This document shows, piece by piece, positions 1 through 8,586 of a DNA stretch of 64,000 nucleotides. Source of the stretch: an uncultured Candidatus Saccharibacteria bacterium (lineage in GTDB: Bacteria; Patescibacteriota; Minisyncoccia; Phycocordibacterales; UBA12088); assembly GCA_964531785.1 (NCBI GenBank), contig CAZHFF010000001.1, forward strand, positions 229,997 through 293,996, read 5' to 3'. Positions within the stretch are counted from its first letter, which is position 1. Each line of letters starts with the position of its first letter. The notes beneath the pieces are model-generated. The model saw nothing but the letters and a program-made list of their open reading frames with translations, ran no database searches and had not been told where the DNA came from. The translations under genes were made by a program, and so were the position numbers.

Positions 1-4
1 CCAG

Positions 5-35
5 GGGCCCGCACACCGAGTGCGGGCCCTTTCTC
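5..35 (+). terminator. GC-rich hairpin with T-rich tail at the window edge
   Basis: GGGCCCGCAC (5-14) pairs with GTGCGGGCCC (20-29) around a 5-nt loop, followed by TTTCTCT. It probably ends a gene upstream of the window. Confidence 0.5.
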
Positions 36-63
36 TGTCATGCTTGCAGGGCGGCCCGGTGCC

Positions 64-72
64 TGGTATACA
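64..72 (+). promoter_or_regulatory. Extended -10-like box TGGTATACA
   Basis: TGnTATAnn motif about 30 nt upstream of the ATG at 105. The same motif class recurs upstream of many genes here. Confidence 0.35.
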
Positions 73-104
73 CGCTAAAGGGTCAACAGGACAAGGTGGA
101 AGCT

Positions 105-395
105 ATGCACCAGAATGGTACTTCACGACTACAGAAGAAGTTGCATGATCGTGTCGAAGCGGTGCGTCGTGAAGCACAGAACGTATCTGGCACAGCGAAG
201 CTCATTGCAAACCTCTGTGCTGAGGTACTCGAGAGCGGCGGCGCACCAGAGTTGCAGAAGCATGTGGCGTTTCTAACGGGTGCACTTGCGCGAATGCAAA
301 AGGACCTGGGCGTCATCGAGCATTTTGGATCAGAAGGCGTGCGTGTTAGGCCGCCGTCCCAGCTACTCACCCAGAAACCTCGCGATACCAAGTGA
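105..395 (+). CDS. Hypothetical small helical protein
   Basis: ORF 96..395. The ATG at 105 is preceded by AAGGTGG (93-99) at SD spacing. The antisense ORF 83..457 looks like an Arg/Ser-rich GC artefact. Confidence 0.45.
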   Translation: MHQNGTSRLQKKLHDRVEAVRREAQNVSGTAKLIANLCAEVLESGGAPELQKHVAFLTGALARMQKDLGVIEHFGSEGVRVRPPSQLLTQKPRDTK

Positions 396-471
396 GGATC
401 GGAGCCGTGCAGCAGCACGGCTCTTGTTGTGTGGCTGATACGTGCTCGGTAGACCATTTCCGAAGCTACGG

Positions 472-477
472 TACACT
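472..477 (+). promoter_or_regulatory. -10 box TACACT, 6 nt before ATG 484 (leaderless arrangement)
   Basis: TACACT, then tgagtc, then ATG. Same hexamer as the SOS promoter -10. Confidence 0.45.
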
Positions 478-483
478 TGAGTC

Positions 484-1323
484 ATGCGGCGCATCCTCCT
501 CTACCTTGCATTTGGTGTGTATCTCGTTGCTGCATTCGTCGTGTTCCTGTACGAGGACGTTGCGGAGTCCGTGCCCGAGGGTCGTGCGCTCGCCGTGATG
601 ACAGACAGGGGGATCTCGGTCGGTAACGATCGAAAAGAAGAGAGCGTCGAGCAGCACCAGGCCTCAACCTCTGAACCGAACACCGAATCGGAACAGCGGT
701 CAGCGTACACGGTCACTAAGGTGGTAGATGGCGATACGATACAGGTACGGCGTGGCGAGGTGTCGGAGACCGTGCGCCTCCTTGGCATAGATACACCCGA
801 GACGGTGCACCCGAGCAAACCCGTTGCCTGTTACGGGCGCGAAGCTTCGGCGCGTCTCCAGGTCCTCGTTGAGGGTTCGGCGGTGCTGCTCGAGTACGAC
901 GACTCTCAGGGTATGCGGGATAAGTATGGCAGGATGCTTGCGTACGTGTACCTTACGGATGGGACACAGGTGAATTTGCTTCTGCTCCGTGAGGGATTTG
1001 CGTATGAGTACACATATCGTACGCCGTACCGGTACCAGATGACGTTTCGATCAGCCGAGCGTCGTGCACGAGAGGCCGGTCTCGGGCTTTGGGGTCCGGA
1101 TGCCTGTAAACAGGCGAACGAACCAGGCGCTACCCTGCGCACCCCACCTGTGTCACGTGGCGCAGATGGGTATATTTGTGAACGGAACGCCTACAACTGC
1201 TCCGACTTCACGACGCGATCAGAGGCACAGCGGGTATACGATGAGTGCGGCGGCGTTGCCCATGATATCCATCGGCTCGATGTGGATGGTGATGGGGTCG
1301 CGTGCGAAACGCTACCGTCGTGA
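484..1323 (+). CDS. Secreted thermonuclease (SNase family) with C-terminal Excalibur Ca-binding domain
   Basis: N-terminal TM/signal. SNase motifs [29 protein letters not shown]-terminal [14 protein letters not shown] is Excalibur-like. Confidence 0.85.
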   Translation: MRRILLYLAFGVYLVAAFVVFLYEDVAESVPEGRALAVMTDRGISVGNDRKEESVEQHQASTSEPNTESEQRSAYTVTKVVDGDTIQVRRGEVSETVRLLGIDTPETVHPSKPVACYGREASARLQVLVEGSAVLLEYDDSQGMRDKYGRMLAYVYLTDGTQVNLLLLREGFAYEYTYRTPYRYQMTFRSAERRAREAGLGLWGPDACKQANEPGATLRTPPVSRGADGYICERNAYNCSDFTTRSEAQRVYDECGGVAHDIHRLDVDGDGVACETLPS

Positions 1324-2166
1324 CTAGGGCAGCTCGGGAGTGCTTGTGGTCGAGGTCGGCAGTACGACCGACTCCGGCGACGGGCTTGCTTCGGGCGTGG
1401 GTGCGGTGGTCGGTGGGTTGCTGAATATCGCATCGACCATTGACCCCTCGCTCGGCGCGGCAAGCCCCGGAGCGTTTACTGCTCGGAGCAGGGTCTCCAT
1501 GACCGCGGTCATAGCGGGGTAGAGTTGTGCGCCCTCAAATCGGATCTGTTGACCGGCCGCGAGCACGACCGTGTATGGGGAACCGACCGCTCCCGCTTTG
1601 ATGGCCTCCTCGAAATCCTCCTGCACGCGCCGCATGAGACGGTCCGAGCGCATGCATGCCTCGAATTCCGCGCGGGAAACGCCAGCACGCTCCGCCATTC
1701 CCGGTAGCAGGGAAAGGTCGAGCTGGTCGTTGCTTGGTGTTTCGGCAAAAAGGATGTCTGCGAACTTCCAAAACGCATCATTGCCACCGACGCTTCCAAC
1801 GCATTCGCTCGCAAGTGCTTCGGTCGGCGCTTTGGTGTGGAGCTGGACGAACGGTAGGTGTCTGAAGACCCACGCCATTTGGCCATCTTTGCCGTAGCGT
1901 TTCATGAGCTGGTGCATCGTGGCATGGTACTGTTTACAGTACGGGCACTCGAAATCGCTGTAGACGACGTACACGATCGGCGCGTTCGGATTGCCCAGTA
2001 CCCAGTCGTCCTTACTGATCGGCGCGACGTTCGCCAGGTCCTTCGCGCTGCGGAGCGTGTCTGCTTGGGGCGCGTCCTTTCTGAGGCCAATGAACACCGC
2101 AACGCCGATGATGACGAGGGCGATGAGTACCGCGATCGGCAGTATGAGGGGGTTTCGTGTTGGCAT
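1324..2166 (-). CDS. DsbA-family thiol:disulfide oxidoreductase, membrane-anchored
   Basis: N-terminal TM helix, thioredoxin-fold CxxC motif FECPYCKQYH, Pro/Thr/Ser-rich C-terminal tail. Confidence 0.8.
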   Translation of the reverse strand: MPTRNPLILPIAVLIALVIIGVAVFIGLRKDAPQADTLRSAKDLANVAPISKDDWVLGNPNAPIVYVVYSDFECPYCKQYHATMHQLMKRYGKDGQMAWVFRHLPFVQLHTKAPTEALASECVGSVGGNDAFWKFADILFAETPSNDQLDLSLLPGMAERAGVSRAEFEACMRSDRLMRRVQEDFEEAIKAGAVGSPYTVVLAAGQQIRFEGAQLYPAMTAVMETLLRAVNAPGLAAPSEGSMVDAIFSNPPTTAPTPEASPSPESVVLPTSTTSTPELP

Positions 2167-2277
2167 GTGCGTGAGTTAGGTGGTGTAAGAGGGTGGTCTA
2201 GCGTATTGTAGCATGGTGCGTCGTGCTACAGCAAAACGTTCGCACCGACCCACCGTTGCAGCACCCCAGCTTTCTTC

Positions 2278-3078
2278 ATGAACATACTTGACGCTACCGT
2301 TCTCGGCATCACCCAAGGCCTGACCGAGTTCCTTCCAGTTTCTTCGACCGGCCACTTGATACTCATGCGGGAGTTCTTGGGTATGGGAACGGAGCATGGT
2401 CTCGCGGTAGATGCGATGCTGCACTTCGCCACCGCGCTCGCCGTTGCAGTATATTTCAGGATCGATCTGACACGCCTCGTGCTGAACTTCTTTCTCTGGG
2501 TCAGAAAGCGGGACGTGGGTGACGATCGGGTGCTCATACCAGCGCTCATGCTCGGGACCCTGCCTGCCGTGGTCGCAGGCTTCCTCCTGGAAGAGACTAT
2601 GGACACGGTGTTCCGCAACGTACCTCTGGTCGCTGGGGTGCTCGTGTTCGGTTCGGGGGTCTTTCTTGTGGCCGAATGGGTGCACCGTACGTACGCTCTG
2701 GAGCGCCCGCTCACGGTAAAAGGAGGTGTACTGATCGGTTGCTTCCAGGCGCTCGCGCTCCTGCCGGGCATGTCGCGCTCCGGCGCAACGATATCCGGCG
2801 GCCTTCTCCTTGGACTTTCGCGCGAGCAGGCAGCACGGTTCGGTTTCCTGCTCTCATTCCCGATCATCCTCGGGGCGGGCAGCAAGAAGCTACTCGAGCT
2901 CGGGAGTGCTGGCGTCCTTACGAACGAGTGGCTGCCGATACTCGTCGGTGCGCTTGCAGCGTTCCTTGCAGGAATTGCCGCTATCCACTACCTGCTCCTC
3001 TTTTTGAAGAACCATACGTTACTCGTCTTTGTTGCCTACCGTCTGGTGCTTGCCGCCGTAGTATTCCTCTTGGTGTAA
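2278..3078 (+). CDS. uppP: Undecaprenyl-diphosphate phosphatase
   Basis: N-terminus MNILDATVLGITQGLTEFLPVSSTGHL plus a polytopic membrane profile and SRSGATI motif. Confidence 0.9.
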   Translation: MNILDATVLGITQGLTEFLPVSSTGHLILMREFLGMGTEHGLAVDAMLHFATALAVAVYFRIDLTRLVLNFFLWVRKRDVGDDRVLIPALMLGTLPAVVAGFLLEETMDTVFRNVPLVAGVLVFGSGVFLVAEWVHRTYALERPLTVKGGVLIGCFQALALLPGMSRSGATISGGLLLGLSREQAARFGFLLSFPIILGAGSKKLLELGSAGVLTNEWLPILVGALAAFLAGIAAIHYLLLFLKNHTLLVFVAYRLVLAAVVFLLV

Positions 3079-3084
3079 GGGAAC

Positions 3085-3106
3085 GCCGCAGCATGGTTGC
3101 TGCGGC
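3085..3106. terminator. Hairpin after uppP
   Basis: GCCGCAGCA-TGGT-TGCTGCGGC, 9-bp stem, no clear T-run. Confidence 0.35.
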
Positions 3107-3333
3107 GGAAACTCAGTCGGTCGCTGGGTAGACCAGGTTGTGGGTCGGGTCGACCGGATCCTCGGCCCACCTTTCACATGCCGGCGTGGGCTGCGGCGGC
3201 GGCGTCTTGTCCCGTGTGCTTTGGACGGGTTCACGCTGGGTCTGCCGTTCTGTGCTCACTTCTTATCTCACTCCTCTCTTGAGCAAGACCTGAGTATATA
3301 CCTATCTCAAAGAGGTTCAAGTCTGCTCTACTG

Positions 3334-3921
3334 CTAGAACGGGAGCGTGAAGGTCATGGCGCCATTCTCGACCTCTTTTTCCCAAAGTTCCGGCTTGAGC
3401 CGGACCTCCTTCTGCTCGCCAAAGTCGGTGTAGAGTATCTTCTTGTGCTTCCGGATATGATCATAGAGCTCCTTTGTAAGCCGCACGTCGTCGAGGCAGT
3501 ACTTGCGCACCAGGTCCTCCTTGCCCTCTTTCCACCAGCGTATCGCATCAAGGCCGTGGCCTGACTTCTGTGCGCCGAGCGTTGCTTCGGCTATGGTGTC
3601 GAGCTTCAGACGCCTCCCGAGGACGTTGCGCACTTCAACGAGAATGTCGATGCTCTTGATACGGGTGAGGTCGCCAGGGTAGTACTTGTTGAGGAGTGGT
3701 ATGTCGAAGTGGTCGCTGTTATAGCCTATGAGCACGTCCGCCTTTTCGATGATCGGCCACAGCTGGTTCAGTTCAGGAACAGAATAGGAGGCATAGGTGT
3801 CGGTCGACGAGTCGTACGCGCCCACGATCGATATATCCAGTCTTGAGGGATCGTTCGCACCGACATCATCGAACGAGTTCGCGGTTTCGATATCAAAGAC
3901 GACCCTGCGTATACGTGCCAT
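3334..3921 (-). CDS. RNase H-like fold 3'-5' exonuclease (PolB-exonuclease-related, YprB-like)
   Basis: VFDIETA, GYNSDHFDIPLL and CLDDV motifs typical of DEDD exonucleases. Confidence 0.7.
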   Translation of the reverse strand: MARIRRVVFDIETANSFDDVGANDPSRLDISIVGAYDSSTDTYASYSVPELNQLWPIIEKADVLIGYNSDHFDIPLLNKYYPGDLTRIKSIDILVEVRNVLGRRLKLDTIAEATLGAQKSGHGLDAIRWWKEGKEDLVRKYCLDDVRLTKELYDHIRKHKKILYTDFGEQKEVRLKPELWEKEVENGAMTFTLPF

Positions 3922-3960
3922 ACGGTATGCTGGCTTAGGGTTACGGGCTAAACAAGCGCA

Positions 3961-5271
3961 CTATTCTAGCGCTTCGAATATTGCATCAGCGAGACGTTGC
4001 TCAGGCAGCATGGATTGTTCCTTCGTGGTGAGGTTCTTGAGCGGGAAGAGACCACTCGTCTCCTCCTCTTTGCCGACAACGAGGAGGAACGGCACTGATT
4101 TCTTTGATGCCGTCTTGACCTGGTCGCTGAGCTTCCGGCCGGTTATATCGACAGCCACCGTGATGTCGCGTCGTCGCAGCCGCTGTGCGACACCCTGCGC
4201 AAACTGCATCGAGCTCTGGTCAGCGACCGCAAGGTATACATCGGTTACCGATACGTACGGAGGGAGCAGGTCGCGCGTTTCGAGGAACTCACGGATCGCC
4301 ACGTCGCCCATACCAAAACCGACCGCAGGGACGGGCTCACTCCCAAAGAGTTCGAGCAGTCCGTCGTAGCGGCCCCCCCCGAACAGAGAGCGATTGTTCT
4401 TTTTGTTCGTGTCGAACACCTCGAAGATCATACCGGTATAGTAGTCGAACCCGCGTACCATGTGCGGGTCATGAACTACGTTCCGTATCCCTCGCGTCTC
4501 GAGCGTTTCAAGGAGCGCGAGGAGGTCATTGCCGCTCTCGGTCTCTTGGATGAGCTTGCGGATCTCGCTCGGATTATATTCTTCAAGCACGACCTGACTG
4601 AGCGTATCACCAAGGAGCGCCTTGAGGCGGGACGCATACTCCTCTGGCTCAAGCTTGTTGCGGCGGTCCATGAGCCGGATCAGCTCGTTCTGAACGTTCC
4701 TTTTAATAGTGAAGCCGTGTTTCTTGGCAAGAAGTGTGAGCGTTTCAGGCACGACCACGCGGTTATTGATCCGTATCTCAAAGTCGTGCTCGAGCGCCCC
4801 AAATGCCCGCATCAGCTCATACGAAAGGAGTATCACCTCGACATCAGCCTCGATCGAAGCCACGCCGAAAAGGTCGCAGTTCAGTTGCCAATGCTCGCGC
4901 AATCGGCCCTTCTGCGGACGTTCGTACCGGAACAGGTTGGGTATCGAGTACCAGCGGAGCGGAAACGCGAGCTCGCGTTTGCGTGCGGCGACCATACGCG
5001 CAACGGTCGGAGTCATTTCCGGACGCAGGGTAACGCGGCGGTCGCCCCGGTCGGTGAAGCTGTAGGTCTGTTCCGAAACGATCTCTTCTGACGACTTTGC
5101 TTCATAGAGCTCGGTCGGTTCAAGAACAGACGCGTGATACTCCTCGTACCCATAGTGCTCGACCACATCGCGCACCCGATCGAAAATGAAATCCTGGATA
5201 GCGAGGTCCTCCGGGTAGAAATCCCTGACCCCTTTATAGGGTTCGGTAGCCGCCTTTTTTCGGGTAGACAT
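3961..5271 (-). CDS. hisS: Histidine--tRNA ligase
   Basis: Class II aaRS motifs KGVRDFYPE, FRYERPQKGRLREH and GGGRYDGL. Start moved to the internal ATG (MSTRKK) because the upstream 33 codons are non-conserved-looking. Confidence 0.9.
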   Translation of the reverse strand: MSTRKKAATEPYKGVRDFYPEDLAIQDFIFDRVRDVVEHYGYEEYHASVLEPTELYEAKSSEEIVSEQTYSFTDRGDRRVTLRPEMTPTVARMVAARKRELAFPLRWYSIPNLFRYERPQKGRLREHWQLNCDLFGVASIEADVEVILLSYELMRAFGALEHDFEIRINNRVVVPETLTLLAKKHGFTIKRNVQNELIRLMDRRNKLEPEEYASRLKALLGDTLSQVVLEEYNPSEIRKLIQETESGNDLLALLETLETRGIRNVVHDPHMVRGFDYYTGMIFEVFDTNKKNNRSLFGGGRYDGLLELFGSEPVPAVGFGMGDVAIREFLETRDLLPPYVSVTDVYLAVADQSSMQFAQGVAQRLRRRDITVAVDITGRKLSDQVKTASKKSVPFLLVVGKEEETSGLFPLKNLTTKEQSMLPEQRLADAIFEALE

Positions 5272-5368
5272 ACTAGAGCAGTGTAGCAGAGTATGAGCAC
5301 AATACAACGCTCTCCGCAGGCAGCCCTGGCTCTTTCGTGCGTTATTATATAAGCTGTAGCTACGTACC

Positions 5369-6139
5369 ATGAAGACCGTCCTGAACCTGTATAAGGCGCG
5401 TGGGGAGACTCCGCTCCAGCGTATCGAACGGTATCGTAAGGATCACCCGGAGTACAAGAACCTACCTCTGTCGTATGTGGGCCGCCTCGACCCTATGGCC
5501 GAAGGGGTGCTTTTGGTGCTTGCGGGAGAGGAGAACAAGAGACGGGAGCAGTATCTAGGGCTCGATAAGGAGTACACGTTCGACGTGCTGTTTGGCTTTG
5601 CGACCGATACGTACGATTACCTTGGCCTCATGACCGACAGTGTTACCCGTGCGTCGCATCGGCCGCTCAAGGTGCCGCTCTTGCTTGAGTACATCAGCCA
5701 GATGCCGGGCGCACGGTCCCAGAAGTATCCTCCGTTCTCGAGCAAGCCGCTCGAAGGGGTGCCACTGTTTATTCGCGCCCGCAAAGGGGAACTGTCCGAT
5801 TTCGATCTTCCCGAACACCAGATCGAGATCATGTCCTCGGCGCTCATCGGAACAAAGCGCATCTCAGATGTAACCCTACTTGCTGATGTGGAGAAGGGTG
5901 TCGGTGCTGTCCATGGTGATTTTCGACAGGAACGCATCATGACCCTGTGGAAGGAAACCTTGCGTGTACTCTACGGTTTGGAGTTCGACCTCGCCACCAT
6001 ATCGATCACGTGCTCGAGCGGCACCTACGTTCGATCGCTTGCCCACGAGTTAGGCGAGAAGCTCGGCGTGCCGGCGCTTGCAGCGAGGATCGTTCGCACC
6101 CGCGTCGGCAAATGGAAGCTCCGTGGAGCGGAGAAGTAG
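5369..6139 (+). CDS. truB: tRNA pseudouridine(55) synthase
   Basis: Catalytic motif GRLDPMAEGVLLVL and a TruB-like length. Confidence 0.85.
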   Translation: MKTVLNLYKARGETPLQRIERYRKDHPEYKNLPLSYVGRLDPMAEGVLLVLAGEENKRREQYLGLDKEYTFDVLFGFATDTYDYLGLMTDSVTRASHRPLKVPLLLEYISQMPGARSQKYPPFSSKPLEGVPLFIRARKGELSDFDLPEHQIEIMSSALIGTKRISDVTLLADVEKGVGAVHGDFRQERIMTLWKETLRVLYGLEFDLATISITCSSGTYVRSLAHELGEKLGVPALAARIVRTRVGKWKLRGAEK

Positions 6140-6148
6140 GCATATCGT

Positions 6149-7429
6149 ATGCAACACGAACGCCCCGGAGGGAAAAGGTGGTGGCAAGAGGTGGTCTTCT
6201 ATGAGCTGTACATCGACCAGTTCGCGAGCAACCTCGGCGGTTTGACCGACCGTCTTCCGTACCTTGAGGACCTTGGTATTACCTGCGTGCATCTGCTCCC
6301 CCACTATCCATCGCCCATGATCGATCAGGGGTACGACGTTTCCGATCACTGCGGGGTAAGGAGCGAGCTCGGTACGCTTGATGACTTCAAACGCTTCACT
6401 GATGCGGCACATGCCCGTGGCATGCGTGTGCTGACCGATCTGGTGTTGAACCATGTCTCGATCCGGCACCCCTGGTTTCAGGAGGCGTCGCGTGGGAACG
6501 ACAGCGACAAGCATGACTATTTCCTCTGGAGCGCAACGGGTCGTGAGTTTAGCGGAGCCGTAAACGCCTTCCCGGAGGTGAAACCTTCGAACTGGATATG
6601 GAACGCCGCGACGCGTGAGCATTACTTCGCGACATTCTACCCTGAGCAAGCGGACCTCAATTGGCACGACCCGCGTGTGTTCGAGGAACTCTGCTCGGTC
6701 ACCAGCTTTTGGGTCGGTATGGGCGTGGACGCGTTCCGCCTTGATGCGGTGCAGCATCTGGTCAAGGAGGAGGGGACCGATTCTATGGACCGTCCCCTGA
6801 CGCATGCAATTCTTAAAAAGCTACGTTCGTACCTCGACGAGAACCACAACGAGGTCGCGCTGCTTGCCGAGGTGCACCGGCCGCTCGAGAAAGCAGCCGC
6901 CTACTTTGGAGACGGCGATGAGTGTCACCTAGTGTATGGGTTTCCGCTCATGGAAGCACTCTATGCAAAACTGTTGCTCAACGAGAGCTCGCTCCTCGAC
7001 ACGGTCTTGCCGACCCACCTGTCCATACCGGAGGGTGCGGCGTGGGCTACGTTCCTTGCGAACCACGACAACATCAGCTTCGAGATCGCACCGAGCACAC
7101 TGGCGCTGCGGTTGTCCCGAGCGCTTGACCCAGCACAGAAACGCCGCTTCGGTCCTGGGAGCGCATCGCGTCTTGCGTCGCTCTGGAACGGTGACCTCAC
7201 CCAGGTGCTCGCTGCGCATGAACTGCTCTTCTCGTATCCCGGGTCACCGATCATCTACTATGGCGATGAGATCGGCATGCAGAACGCGCCGCTCCCAGAG
7301 GGCGAGGTCGACACGCGTAAGGTCATGCGTGGGAAGTTCGATTGGCAGGAGGCAGAGCGGCAGCGAGATGACCCTAACTCGCTCTTTTTCGCCATGCGCG
7401 CTTTGATCCGAGAGCGGAGGAACAGGTAA
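6149..7429 (+). CDS. GH13 alpha-amylase-family glycosidase (trehalose-synthase/oligo-glucosidase-like, short form)
   Basis: GH13 conserved regions DVSDH, GVDAFRLDAV, LLAEV and FLANHD. Confidence 0.85.
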   Translation: MQHERPGGKRWWQEVVFYELYIDQFASNLGGLTDRLPYLEDLGITCVHLLPHYPSPMIDQGYDVSDHCGVRSELGTLDDFKRFTDAAHARGMRVLTDLVLNHVSIRHPWFQEASRGNDSDKHDYFLWSATGREFSGAVNAFPEVKPSNWIWNAATREHYFATFYPEQADLNWHDPRVFEELCSVTSFWVGMGVDAFRLDAVQHLVKEEGTDSMDRPLTHAILKKLRSYLDENHNEVALLAEVHRPLEKAAAYFGDGDECHLVYGFPLMEALYAKLLLNESSLLDTVLPTHLSIPEGAAWATFLANHDNISFEIAPSTLALRLSRALDPAQKRRFGPGSASRLASLWNGDLTQVLAAHELLFSYPGSPIIYYGDEIGMQNAPLPEGEVDTRKVMRGKFDWQEAERQRDDPNSLFFAMRALIRERRNR

Positions 7430-7473
7430 GGTGCCGACACTCTGTAGAACTCCCGCCGAGCCTTTGTATAGGG

Positions 7474-7875
7474 CTAGGAATGGTTGCTGTTTTGCTCCCG
7501 AGCGCGCTTTGCGTGCATCATTTCGAACGTCCTACTGCCTAGGCTGAGCATGAGATAATAGACGGTAGCCACGAGCAGTACGACGAGCAAGAGACCTCCC
7601 CAGACGAAGAGTCCCGGCCGTTCGCCGTACAGGTCGGTCATGAGCAGACCAGCTATCGTGATCGTGAGTATCGGCACGAAGTACGAAAACAGCACTTTGA
7701 GCTTGAACGGCCGGTCGACAGGCTGGCTCTTTGTTCGAGCGGCCAGCAGTCCGGCAGTCCAGAACGCACACATCATGATCCCGACCCCGACCGCATTGCC
7801 GACCAGAAAACCCGCAGCGAGCTCGGTCGCCATAAGCAGAAGGCCAAGTACATAGGGCTGTGTTATGTGTCGCAT
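7474..7875 (-). CDS. Hypothetical integral membrane protein
   Basis: Four hydrophobic helices. Start placed at the internal ATG (MRHITQ) to avoid overlapping the upstream nuclease gene. Confidence 0.5.
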   Translation of the reverse strand: MRHITQPYVLGLLLMATELAAGFLVGNAVGVGIMMCAFWTAGLLAARTKSQPVDRPFKLKVLFSYFVPILTITIAGLLMTDLYGERPGLFVWGGLLLVVLLVATVYYLMLSLGSRTFEMMHAKRAREQNSNHS

Positions 7876-7955
7876 GTGGTGTAGAAACCATCGGGCACGC
7901 CACGGTTCGTGATGTGTCCTGTCTTGGCTTTTAACCCAGGGTACATTCGTACCGA

Positions 7956-8531
7956 CTATTCGCCTGATGGTGCGCACGCGTCTTCCGCCCAGAGCCCGCT
8001 CTGGTTCTCCATCGCTTCTGCCTGTGCGGCCTTATATGCGTCGCTGCGAGCGTACGGTGTGTTGTACGTGTACTCGACCGCATAGCCGTTCCTGAGCATG
8101 GTCTCGTTCAGGTCGGTGCCGTCTGGATGTGCAACGTACGCGAGCAGCCTACCGAACTGGTCTCGAGTACCCTGGGTTTCATCGAACGAGAGGCGTACGA
8201 GACCAGTGCGGGCGAGTTGCTGGAGATGGCGGGTCGCCTCCTGTGCGTAACACTCGGGACCGCTCGGTATGTTCGGTTCAGGCGCGTTGATCCCGATCAG
8301 GCGCACACGTTCCTCCTTGCCCTGGTACAGGACCGAGATCGTATCGCCGTCGAGGATACGAATGAGCGGATAGGTGCCATCCAGAACAATTTCAGCAGGT
8401 GCGACCTGTGTGTCAGCACTCAGTTCATTGACCGGCACGGTTTCGCGAAGCTGGTGGATCAAGACCCCGGCAAGGCCCACATTGAGCACGAAGGAGAGCA
8501 GGAGCAGTACGCGGCAGGGTCGGCAAGCCAT
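7956..8531 (-). CDS. Secreted thermonuclease (SNase family), second paralogue
   Basis: Signal/TM MACRPCRVLLLLSFVLNVGLAG. SNase motifs ILDGDTISV..VRLIGINAPE..QFGRLLAYV. Confidence 0.8.
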   Translation of the reverse strand: MACRPCRVLLLLSFVLNVGLAGVLIHQLRETVPVNELSADTQVAPAEIVLDGTYPLIRILDGDTISVLYQGKEERVRLIGINAPEPNIPSGPECYAQEATRHLQQLARTGLVRLSFDETQGTRDQFGRLLAYVAHPDGTDLNETMLRNGYAVEYTYNTPYARSDAYKAAQAEAMENQSGLWAEDACAPSGE

Positions 8532-8537
8532 AGGCAC

Positions 8538-8577
8538 AGTGTACCATATGGTACTGCGGTACCGTACGGTGTACCAT
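8538..8577. promoter_or_regulatory. GTAC-rich operator-like cluster in a divergent promoter region
   Basis: Perfect 14-bp palindrome GTACCATATGGTAC (8541-8554). GTGTACCAT is repeated at 8539 and 8569. There are five GTAC cores within 40 bp. Confidence 0.4.
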
Positions 8578-8586
8578 GAGCTTCTC

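Noticed and set aside
3107-3333. A 230-bp GC-rich ORF-free gap with a GGTTCAAGTC string (T-arm-like) and a TATACT box on the - strand. I considered a tRNA/tmRNA-like or small RNA gene.
   Set aside because: No acceptor or T-stem complementarity could be built around the T-loop-like string, and no recognisable RNA family motif is present. The gap is probably just convergent 3' UTR space.
6050-6805. Long antisense ORFs of 240-320 aa opposite well-supported genes: 6050..6805, 9754..10497, 15952..16722, 22542..23333, 32014..32859, 41602..42567, 50792..51520 and 55130..55873.
   Set aside because: Each lies antisense to a gene with clear family motifs (GH13, ABC, Cho-like, valS and others). Their translations are Arg/Ser/His-rich low-information sequences, typical of stop-poor antisense frames in GC-rich DNA.
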